From positions 2,012,066-2,076,065 of the forward strand of contig CAWCVK010000001.1 of assembly GCA_963799005.1 (NCBI GenBank): a DNA stretch of 64,000 bases, written 5' to 3'. Of this stretch, positions 17,733 to 26,142 are shown one piece after another. The stretch is from Candidatus Dormiibacterota bacterium (GTDB taxonomy: Bacteria; Chloroflexota; Dormibacteria; Aeolococcales; Aeolococcaceae). Every line of letters starts with the position of its first letter. Position 1 is the first letter of the stretch. Made by a program: the position numbers and the translations under genes. The notes below the pieces were generated by a model, which saw only the letters and a program-made list of their open reading frames with translations, did not search any database and had not been told where the DNA came from.

Positions 17733-18881
17733 TCAGGCGCCGAGATCCTCGAAGAACGCGGCGATGTCCATTGCCAGCAGCCTCGGCTCTTCAGCGGGAG
17801 CGAAGTGTCCACCATGCGGCATCTCGGTCCAGCGGCGCACGTTGTACAAACGCTCTGCCCATTCTCGAGGTGGCCGGCCCTCGGTGACGAACTGCCTCGC
17901 AAAGTTGGCGATCCCGGTCGGCACCGTGACATGGGTGTGCGCTTCGAGGGCGACTCCATCCCAGCGGTTGTCGTAGTAGTCACGCATCGACGTCGCGATG
18001 GAGCCCGTGACCCAGAAGACGGTCAGCATCGTCAGCACCAATTCGCGCGGGAATCGCCGGTCGAGGTCGCCGTCGCTGTCGGACCAGGATCGCCACTTCT
18101 CGACAATCCACGCCGCGAGACCCGCCGGAGAGTCGCTGAGCGCGTAAGCGATTGTCTGGGGCTTGGTGGACTGGATCGCTGAATACCCTCGCTCCATCTC
18201 ATCCCAGAGATCCCGCTGCGCCAGGTACCGGCGCTCGGCTTCCGACAGCGGGCGTGATGCATCGTCGACAAGGGGCGAGAGCTCGGGAGTGCTCAGATGG
18301 ATCCCGAGCGTGGACTCGGGGTGGTCGAGCGCCATGAGGGTGGCGATGCCCGCGCCGAAATCTCCGCCACCAGCGCCGTAACGCGCGTATCCCAAGCCGC
18401 GCATCAAGCCGTGCATGAGCCCCGCAATGTCGCGGTAATTCCCGCGCTCCGGGCGCTCGGAGAACCCGTAGCCCGGCAACGAGGGAATCACAACATCGAA
18501 GGCAGGCCCGTCGATGCCGTGCGCGCCGGGATCGGTCAGCAAGGTGATCAGTGGCAACAGTTCGACAAAGGTGCTCGGCCAGCCGTGAAGCAGAATCAAC
18601 GGGATCCCCGGCCCGTGCACTGCGCGCTCATGGACGAAGTGGATCGCGATGCCGTCGATGCTTGCGCGGAAGTGTTGGAACCGATTGATCCGACGTTCCT
18701 CGGCTCGCCAGTCGAATTCCCCCGACCAGTCGGCAAGCAGGCTCTGGAGATAGGCGAGATCGGTTCCCCGGCCCCAGGCTGGACCCGGTGCAGGCGGCGG
18801 CCAGCGGGTCGCGCGGATACGCCGGCGAAGGTCGCTCAGCGCCTCGTCATCGACCTGAACGCGAAAGGGTTCAACGATCAC
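17733..18881 (-). CDS. Epoxide hydrolase (alpha/beta hydrolase with N-terminal EHN domain)
   Basis: FRVQVDDEALSDLRRRIRATRWP.., ..LILLHGWPSTFVEL.., ..GGGDFGAGI.., ..MPHGGHFAPAEEP. Confidence 0.85.
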   Translation of the reverse strand: MIVEPFRVQVDDEALSDLRRRIRATRWPPPAPGPAWGRGTDLAYLQSLLADWSGEFDWRAEERRINRFQHFRASIDGIAIHFVHERAVHGPGIPLILLHGWPSTFVELLPLITLLTDPGAHGIDGPAFDVVIPSLPGYGFSERPERGNYRDIAGLMHGLMRGLGYARYGAGGGDFGAGIATLMALDHPESTLGIHLSTPELSPLVDDASRPLSEAERRYLAQRDLWDEMERGYSAIQSTKPQTIAYALSDSPAGLAAWIVEKWRSWSDSDGDLDRRFPRELVLTMLTVFWVTGSIATSMRDYYDNRWDGVALEAHTHVTVPTGIANFARQFVTEGRPPREWAERLYNVRRWTEMPHGGHFAPAEEPRLLAMDIAAFFEDLGA

Positions 18882-18964
18882 TGCCGCATTCTGCCCCGGG
18901 GGGTCGTCGCCGGCATACGGCCTTCAACTGCTCGCCGTGGCGTTCGAGTTCACCGTGGGCGGCC

Positions 18965-19634
18965 TCAGCCGCTGCGGTCCTGAATCTCCCACGCGTGATC
19001 GAGCGCATGCCAGGCGAGACGTCGAGCGCAGTAGCGTGGTGGCCATCCACCCACGCGCGGCGGTTTCCCGGTGCGATCCGCACGAACGACCGCGAGCAGC
19101 GCCTCGCGTATTGCCGCGATGGCGGCGGGGTCCTCTCTCGACGGGGCCGATACACGCACACCAACCTTTCCGGCATACGCCTGGTCCGCATTGAGAACGT
19201 GCTGGTACATCGCGTCGCGATCGCGACCTCCGCCGCGCGGCCCCTTGCGGAGCTGAGCCGGCGCAGACACCACGACCTCGTCCAGCACCCTCCATGCGGC
19301 CCCGACGAAGCGTCGCCGCGCGGTTGGCAGCATGAGCGGTCGTCGCTTGAAACTCGGCGGCGGCAGCAACGCTGGGCGCGCCGAACTCGGTGGTGGCGTT
19401 GCCGGCAACCTCCTCGACGACCTCGAATGATGCGACGCCGCTCACGGAAGGCATCCGCAGTCCCGCCGTGGCCGCCACCGCTCGGTAGCGGGCCGCGTAA
19501 GCGGCGAGCGCCGCGACGGCGGCCTCGGGCGTGCGTCCACCCCGGCACCAACCAGGCCAGTCGAGTGCCGATGCGAACGAGCGCTTCTGCGCCGCCTCGA
19601 TGACGACGGCGATGGGCGAGTCCGCTGTGCTCAC
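18965..19634 (-). pseudogene. Conserved hypothetical protein with DinB-like C-terminal signature; one frame break
   Basis: The N-terminal part VVIEAAQKRSFASALDWPGWCRGGRTPEAAVAAL..TTEFGAPS is in the frame of track ORF 18924..19634. The continuation ..AAWRVLDEVVVSAPAQLRKGPRGGGRDRDAMYQHVLNADQAY..RRLAWHALDHAWEIQDRSG is in track ORF 18965..19408. The break is near 19350. Confidence 0.6.
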
Positions 19635-19703
19635 AGCGGCCGATTCTGACGAATGCCGGCGCGCTCAGGCTTCGGCGCCGCGGCTGCGCCGGCCTGTCTG
19701 CGA

Positions 19704-21686
19704 TCAGAACGTGGCGATGATGCCTCGGACCTTTGCGCCGCTGGTCAAATCATCCTGTGCACCGACGGTTGCGCCGCCCCCGCTGACAACCTTTTGGAAA
19801 ACCTCCATCCAGTTGCCGCCGCCCTGCGCGACAACATCGACCTGCGTCCAGATCCCGGTGTCGGTGCCAGTCGCAATTGCGCCCAGACCCGGAAGCGCCC
19901 CGTCGTTCCAGAGGACCGCGACCGCCAGCTCGCCGGGCTGCGCCGTCGAAGCGAGTTGAGTGTTCATCGCCACCGCCGGCAGCAACCCGCTGTCGTCGCT
20001 CGCAGTGCTGTCCAGCGCGTACGGCGTGCTGCCAGTGGGGGCGTACTCGCCCACCCAGACCGTCCAGTCCTCCGATGTGACCAGCGGGAAGCTGACCACG
20101 CAGGGACACTTCGTCGTGGCGGTCGCCGTCTGGTCGTAGATCACGGCATTGAAGGTCGGGGCTGGGCACGTGGCGCTCGCCGGCGAGCTGGCCACATTCG
20201 CCCAACCTGCGGGTGTGGATTTCAGCGCGATGCAAAAACTCTTGGTTGACTGACCGCTGGCGCCGACCACGGCGAGCAGGAGATCGCCGGCCGTGACGTT
20301 CGCCTTCAATCTGACCGAGGCAGTCTGCGACGTCCCATGATTGGCTGAGCACTGCACAGCACTCGCGCACGGGGATGCCGCGGGCACAGACACGGTGTCA
20401 GAGATAACCGGGGCTCCGATATTGCCGTGCGGATCGACGCCACTCACGCTGTACGCATACGTCGTCCCTGCACTCACCGACGAGTCGGTAAACGAGTTGG
20501 TTCCGGTGCTGACCGGCGCACCGTTGAGCGGGGAGACGGCCTGCGCGTCCGAACTCCCCAACGCCGGTCCGAGGAGGACCCAGGGCCCCCCGTTTGTGGA
20601 GCGCTGCACCTCATATCCCGCCAGCGGTTCCCCGTCCCCGTCGGAGGCGGTGGCCCACGTCAACCCCACCGTCGTCGGGGACGAGGCCGTGACCGACACG
20701 GTGCCCGGCAGTCCCGGACTCACGGTATCGGCGGTCGCCTGTGGGACGGAAATAGGAACCGCCGCACAAGCGCGCTGAAGACATGGAAGGCCGAAGAAGC
20801 CCTCGATCCCGCGGAGCAGGCTGAAATGTGAGTAGGGACCGCTCACGTCCTGGCCGACTTTGACGTTCGGCCCCACCATCGCCGTCATGACGTTGCCGCC
20901 GCAGGCGTGAGCACCGTCAGCGCACAGGGGAGTCTGACCTTCGTCGGTGGTGAGGATAACGATGGGCTGCGGGATCTGAGCGAGCAGGACGGGGATGTTG
21001 ACGGCGAGCCAGTTGTCCGCGTTGCAGATCGCAAGCGCCTGACCGCTGAAGCCGGTGCAGGTTTCGGCGGGCCCGGTTGCAGCGACGCAGGAGCGCGATC
21101 CATGTGCGTCATGACACAGATTCGGCGTGATGAGCGAAAAGGCCGGCAGCGCCGGCCAGGAGTCGGCGGCCGGGAACGCAGACTTCACCGGCAGGTCAGT
21201 CGCGCTGCACACCCCTGCAGCGGTAAAGGCGTCGTAGACCTCCGGATTGTGGCGTGGCGTGTAGGTGCCCTTGTTGAGCGTGTAGCACGGCGAGGGCATC
21301 GACTCATTCAGCGAATCGAACGGGATGCCTGCGGCGCTGAGCTGCGCGAAAAGGCTCTGCTGGTAGTTCGGGCCGACCGGGCAGGTGTCAGCGAGACATC
21401 CGTTGTCCCCGCCGGTTGTCATGTCCAGATAATTCGGCAAGGACGGATGCTGCACGGAGAACGAATTCCCGAAGAGCGTTCCCTGACAGATGAATCCCGG
21501 GGTCGGCGACCCGACGCTGTAAGCGCCTCCGCAGTTGAGGTAGTTGGCCTGCGCGAAGTTGGCCACGATCTGCGAGTACTCGACGTTCTCGAGCGTGATC
21601 ACGACCAGCGGAGGGTTGGCGACAGCGCCCGCCGATCCCACCGCCGCATATGGAATCGCCAGCGCAATTCCGAGCAGGTGCCCCAA
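19704..21686 (-). CDS. Secreted phosphoesterase-family (PF04185-like) domain + fibronectin type III domain + ~230-aa C-terminal domain of unknown function
   Basis: PLVVITLENVEYSQIV, HPSLPNYLDMTTG, LITPNLCHDAHGS and ILTTDEG form the phosphoesterase part. ..PGTVSVTASSPTTVGLTWATASDGDGEPLAGYEVQRS..YAYSVSGVDPHGN is the FN3. The remainder is unrecognised. The start is uncertain: TTG 21686, short signal LGHLLGIALAIPYAAVGSAGAVA. Confidence 0.7.
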   Translation of the reverse strand: MGHLLGIALAIPYAAVGSAGAVANPPLVVITLENVEYSQIVANFAQANYLNCGGAYSVGSPTPGFICQGTLFGNSFSVQHPSLPNYLDMTTGGDNGCLADTCPVGPNYQQSLFAQLSAAGIPFDSLNESMPSPCYTLNKGTYTPRHNPEVYDAFTAAGVCSATDLPVKSAFPAADSWPALPAFSLITPNLCHDAHGSRSCVAATGPAETCTGFSGQALAICNADNWLAVNIPVLLAQIPQPIVILTTDEGQTPLCADGAHACGGNVMTAMVGPNVKVGQDVSGPYSHFSLLRGIEGFFGLPCLQRACAAVPISVPQATADTVSPGLPGTVSVTASSPTTVGLTWATASDGDGEPLAGYEVQRSTNGGPWVLLGPALGSSDAQAVSPLNGAPVSTGTNSFTDSSVSAGTTYAYSVSGVDPHGNIGAPVISDTVSVPAASPCASAVQCSANHGTSQTASVRLKANVTAGDLLLAVVGASGQSTKSFCIALKSTPAGWANVASSPASATCPAPTFNAVIYDQTATATTKCPCVVSFPLVTSEDWTVWVGEYAPTGSTPYALDSTASDDSGLLPAVAMNTQLASTAQPGELAVAVLWNDGALPGLGAIATGTDTGIWTQVDVVAQGGGNWMEVFQKVVSGGGATVGAQDDLTSGAKVRGIIATF

Positions 21687-21945
21687 CTTCAGAATGAACC
21701 CCTCCAGCGCTGGGCCAGACTACGCTTGGGGGCAGTCACCGTCAAGCGAGCCAGACTGCTCAATCTGACCCATCGGAAACCGCGGCTCTCACGAGGAGCG
21801 AGCAGTCGAGAGACCGGTGGTTGCCACATCCGACTCCATGCCGGCGTTCGGTCCGCGACGGTCTGGTGAGAGCCCGAGCCACCTGCTAATGTGCGCGGGT
21901 GCGCGGCGGTCGACGCCGGTAGGGAGATCCAGGAGGTGCAGGGAT

Positions 21946-23341
21946 ATGTACGCACGTGTGACGCTGGTGAAGAGCGATCCAGCCAAGCTCGAGGCGGTGA
22001 TCGCAAACTTCAGGGAGAAGGTCGTGCCTGCCTCGAGAAAGGGTTCGGGCTATGCGGGCTCCTTCCTCCTGATCAATCGAGAGACGGGCGCGGGCGCTGG
22101 GGGCACGTATTGGGAAAGCCTGGAGTCGCTGAACGCCGCGGAGCAGATCGGCCTGGAGTCGCGTCGCCAGTCCATCGAGTTCGATCGGGACCGAGATCCT
22201 CGATGTCGATCGCTTTGAGGTCTTCATCGCCGACCGCAAGGGGGATCCCGTCGCCCCAACCTTCGCCCGGCAGTCTCAGATCTACGCCGACCCAGAGAGG
22301 ATCAACGACGCCATCGAATTCGTGCGCAAGTCGATACGGCCTGAGCTGGCGGCGCAACACGGCTACCAATCGCTGATTGGGGGTGTGAACCGCATGACCG
22401 GTCGCATCGTCGTCACGAGCAACTGGGAGAGCGCGGAAGCGCGGACGGCGAGCCAGGCGTCGGGCGCGAGCCTGCGGCAGCAGGCGGCCCAGGTCGCGGG
22501 AGCGAGTTCGGCTCAGGTCGACGAGTGGGAGGCGGCCTTCGTGGAAATAAAAGAGGCGGCAGGCACCGTCGAGCTTCGGGGCGTGGGAGAGCAGGCCGGT
22601 GGTGGTCGGCGTGAGGGCGAAGTGCGCCTGGAGAAGATCGTTGCGTTGTTTCCGGTGCTCCCCGGCAAGGACGCACGTAGCATCGCCTCCATTCTGAGGA
22701 GCAGGCCCGACGAGTATCGCGAGTCCCGGCGCCGTCAGGGAGTCCACGTCGAGCGGAGCTACGAGCAGATGACCCCGATGGGAACGTTTCTCATCGCGTA
22801 TCTGGAGACCGACCGGCCGTTTGGCGAGACGACAGCCGTGATCGCAGCGTCCGACCTCGCGATCGATCGTGACTTCCTCGAGGCGATCAAGGACGTGCAC
22901 GGGTTCGACGCCACCCAGCCCCCGCCGGGCGAGCCGGCGGAGCTCCTCGCAGACTGGGCCGACGAGGCCGTCACCACCCGCAAGCGCGGTCTTGCCTTCT
23001 GCGCACCTGTGATGCCGGGGGCCACCGAGAAAGGACGCGCCTTCGCCCGCGAGGCGTACACGACGCGGCGCGACGAGTTGACGGCGTCGCGGCGTGCACA
23101 GGGCGTGACCCGAGAGGTCGTGACGCTCAACCACACTCCGATGGGAGATGTTGTCTGCGTCTACGTCGAGGGTGACGATCCAGTGCGCGGCAACCGGGAG
23201 TTTGCCGAGTCACGCAGTGCATTCGACGTGTGGTTCAAGGACCGTTGCAAGGAGATCTTCCCACCGCAGATCGATTTCAACGAGCCACTGCCGGCGATCG
23301 CGGAGATCTTCGACTCCCAGGAAGCTCTGGTCGCGAGGTAG
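21946..23341 (+). pseudogene. Protein made of about four tandem dimeric alpha/beta-barrel (ABM-like) modules; one frame break
   Basis: ATG 21946 follows GGAGG. MYARVTLVKSDPAKLEAVIANFREKVVPA..GTYWESLESLNAAE is in frame 1. It continues as ..GTEILDVDRFEVFIADRKG..YADPERINDAIEFVRKSIRPEL..VVTSNWESAEAR.. in frame 2 (track ORF 22322..23341), followed by two further ~100-aa repeats (FPVLPGKDA.., APVMPGATEKGRAF..). The break is near 22180. It could also be two genes. Confidence 0.55.
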
Positions 23342-23377
23342 CGGCGCGCCCGTCACGCCGACGCGTCGGTGCGACGG

Positions 23378-24433
23378 TCACCCTTCCTCGATGTGCAGCC
23401 GTCCCGCCTCGATGGCGGTCATGGCGTCGCGACCGCGTTGGCGCAACTGCTGGTGCATCCCACCCATCCAGGCGATGTCGCGGGGGAGAAGGCGCTTCGG
23501 CGCCTTCGCGACAATGGTGTAGTTGGCATCGACGACATTGGCAATCCGCGAGCGCGATGCCTGCGATACAAGTTGATACGCGTCCATGAGGCTGAGGCCG
23601 GTGGCGTTCGAGATCCAGGTCACCAGCTGCGTGTGGGCGATCCGGAACGCGTCCTCGAGGGGTCGGTACGAACCGGCGACCATGATCGCGTCGTCACTCT
23701 CGAGGCGCGGCCATTCGCAGTACTCGCCCTTGATCACGTCGACGGTCAGCGTGGTGTTCATCGCGCCCTCGACTGCAACTCCGCAGACCTCGCCCTCGCC
23801 CATGGTGTAGTGCCCGTCGCCGAGTGAGAACAGCGCGCCGGGAACATTGACGCCGAGGTAGAGCGTCGCACCCGCGCGGGCCTCGGGCGTGTCCATGTTC
23901 CCGCCAAAGGCTTCGGGCACCAAGACATTGCGCACTTCATACGCGGCCGGTGCCACGCCGATGGTGCCATGGAAGGGCTCCAGGGGCAACCGAATCTCGC
24001 ACTCCAAGTCGAGGGCGTGGTAGATGACCTCGGTAGTCGATTGGTCGACGTTGTAGAGCCACGTCTTCTCTGGCAGCGGCTGCTGCAGCGTGGCGGTGTA
24101 CTTGGTCCCGGTCAGGGCGCCGAAGAGCGAGACGGTCGTGCTGACCGCCCAGTCCCGGGCGGGCTGGACATCGATGAGATGAATCGCCAGCGTGTCCCCT
24201 GGCTCCGCCCCTTCGACGAAGAACGGACCGGTCTGCGGGTTGATGAAGGGATACTCGATGCAGCGGCTGGGAAGATCGTCGATGCCGCGGATTTGTCCCG
24301 CGAAGCAGTCCTCGGTGTACAGGCGGAGAATCTCACCCGGTCTCACCCGCCACACCGGGTCGACGCCGCCGAATGTCCACGCGTACTGGTCGGGTCGTGG
24401 AGTGATCGACCGTACCACCGTTAGCTCAGCCAT
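23378..24433 (-). CDS. Acetamidase/formamidase family protein
   Basis: 351-aa intact ORF. ..INPQTGPFFVEGAEPGDTLAIHL.., ..GNMDTPEARAGATLYLGV.., ..LFSLGDGHYTMGEGEVCGVAVE.. match the FmdA/AmdA family. Confidence 0.85.
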   Translation of the reverse strand: MAELTVVRSITPRPDQYAWTFGGVDPVWRVRPGEILRLYTEDCFAGQIRGIDDLPSRCIEYPFINPQTGPFFVEGAEPGDTLAIHLIDVQPARDWAVSTTVSLFGALTGTKYTATLQQPLPEKTWLYNVDQSTTEVIYHALDLECEIRLPLEPFHGTIGVAPAAYEVRNVLVPEAFGGNMDTPEARAGATLYLGVNVPGALFSLGDGHYTMGEGEVCGVAVEGAMNTTLTVDVIKGEYCEWPRLESDDAIMVAGSYRPLEDAFRIAHTQLVTWISNATGLSLMDAYQLVSQASRSRIANVVDANYTIVAKAPKRLLPRDIAWMGGMHQQLRQRGRDAMTAIEAGRLHIEEG

Positions 24434-24504
24434 CTGCGTACCTCAGCAGACTGCGATGGAACCGCCGAGGCGATCGCCGGCGACCGTGACCGCGCGTGCA
24501 GCAT

Positions 24505-25581
24505 TCATGCCGTCGCCGGAGCACGCCACAGGTCGATGCCGCTTTCGACCGCATGTTGATCGATGTCGGCGAGCTCGGCGGCGGAGAAGTCGAGACGCCC
24601 GAGTGCCGCAACATTCTGTTCCAGCTGGTCGACGCTGCTCGCGCCGATGAGCACCGACGTGACGCGCGGGTCCCGCAACGCCCACGCGAGCGCCATCTGG
24701 GCGAGGCTCTGCCCGCGTCGTTCTGCCATCGCATTCAGCGCTCGGACATGAGCCAGGTTGGCGTCGCTCAGCATGTCCTGGGTGAGGCTGCCGTTCTGAC
24801 GTGCGCGCAAGTCCTCGGGAATGCCGTGGAGGTAGCGGTCGGTGAGCATTCCCTGGGCGAGTGGTGAGAACGCGATACACCCGACACCTTCGCTGCCGAG
24901 GACGTCGAGAAGGCCCTGTTCGATCCAGCGATTGAGCATCGAATACGACGGCTGATGAATGAGCAACCGGGTGCCGAGCCCGCGCAGGATCGCGACGGCT
25001 TCGGCGGTGCGCCGATCGGAGTACGAGGAGATCCCGACGTAGAGCGCCTTGCCCGCCAGGACGGCTGAGTGCAGCGCCCCGAGCGTCTCCTCGAGCGGGG
25101 TGTTCGGGTCGAAGCGGTGGTGATAGAAGATGTCGACGTATTCGACACCCAGGCGCTGGAGGCTTTGGTCGAGGCTGGCCAGGAGGTACTTGCGCGAGCC
25201 AAGGTCGCCATAGGGGCCGGCCCACATATCCCACCCGGCCTTTGTCGAGATCACCAGCTCGTCGCGATGATCCCGAAAATCGGTGCGCAGGATCCGTCCG
25301 AAGTTCGATTCAGCGCTCCCGTAGGGTGGACCGTAGTTGTTCGCCAGGTCGAAGTGGGTGATGCCAAGATCGAAGGCGCGGCGAAGGATGGCGCGCTGGG
25401 TGTCGATGGAGCGGCCATCGCCGAAGTTCTGCCACAAGCCCAATGACACGGCCGGGAGCAGCAGGCCGCTTCGCCCGCAGCGGCGGTAGCTCATCGCCTC
25501 GTAGCGGTCGTCTGCGGGTCGATACCCGGTCGCTTCGGTCACCAGCGGATTCTGGCGCATCGACACGCCCTCGCAGGTCAT
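24505..25581 (-). CDS. gpr: Aldo/keto reductase, YghZ/Gpr-like (L-glyceraldehyde-3-phosphate / methylglyoxal reductase type)
   Basis: Near-colinear with E. coli YghZ as I recall it: YRRCGRSGLLLPAVSLGLWQNFG..RAILRRAFDLGITHFDLANNYGPPYGSAE..ISTKAGWDMW..GSRKYLLASLDQSL..LIHQPSYSMLNRW..LIGASSVDQLEQNV. The start is ATG 25581 or ATG 25560. Confidence 0.85.
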   Translation of the reverse strand: MTCEGVSMRQNPLVTEATGYRPADDRYEAMSYRRCGRSGLLLPAVSLGLWQNFGDGRSIDTQRAILRRAFDLGITHFDLANNYGPPYGSAESNFGRILRTDFRDHRDELVISTKAGWDMWAGPYGDLGSRKYLLASLDQSLQRLGVEYVDIFYHHRFDPNTPLEETLGALHSAVLAGKALYVGISSYSDRRTAEAVAILRGLGTRLLIHQPSYSMLNRWIEQGLLDVLGSEGVGCIAFSPLAQGMLTDRYLHGIPEDLRARQNGSLTQDMLSDANLAHVRALNAMAERRGQSLAQMALAWALRDPRVTSVLIGASSVDQLEQNVAALGRLDFSAAELADIDQHAVESGIDLWRAPATA

Positions 25582-25681
25582 GCGGAGCAGTGCCTGCCGA
25601 GCGCCCGCGCGCCGTCCCCGACGAGCGTGAACTCCGGCGCATGTCTTCAGTGGGGGTGCCTGCGGTCGCTACAGTTGACGG

Positions 25682-25960
25682 ATGATCGGAGACGCCGTGG
25701 AGGTCATCGTCGACGCCGGCACCGGAACCGCGCGGACGTTCGAGATCAGCGCGACACGCGCCGGCAGGCGGGTGGAGGTGACCACCGCGCGAGGCATCGT
25801 CGAGGTGGCGGAGCTGACCCGCACCGGGCAGCCGGTGCGCGTGGGGCGATTCATGGCGACGCGCGTTGTCGCGATCGTCGAGCACCCGGCGTCGGACGCG
25901 AAGACCGGACCGGAGCGCCGTCGTAACAAGCGGGTGGAGCAGGAGGAGACGCTGCTCTGA
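25682..25960 (+). CDS. Hypothetical protein (92 aa)
   Basis: High GC3 with no internal bias breaks. Predicted beta-rich N-part and basic C-tail (..PERRRNKRVEQEE). No clear RBS and no family recognised. Confidence 0.4.
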   Translation: MIGDAVEVIVDAGTGTARTFEISATRAGRRVEVTTARGIVEVAELTRTGQPVRVGRFMATRVVAIVEHPASDAKTGPERRRNKRVEQEETLL

Positions 25961-26142
25961 AGCGGCGCTGTCTCGGGGTGGCCGGCGATGCGCGCGCCGG
26001 CGGATCTGCCCGCGCATCCCGCCGCGTTCGAGGCCGTTGCATGACTCGGTCCCAGACGATAGGATGCTTCGGTCCGGGCCTGGCATGACGTCGGTGGATC
26101 GTGGGCCCTCCTGCGTCGCCAGGCGCTAGAGGAGGAGGCATC

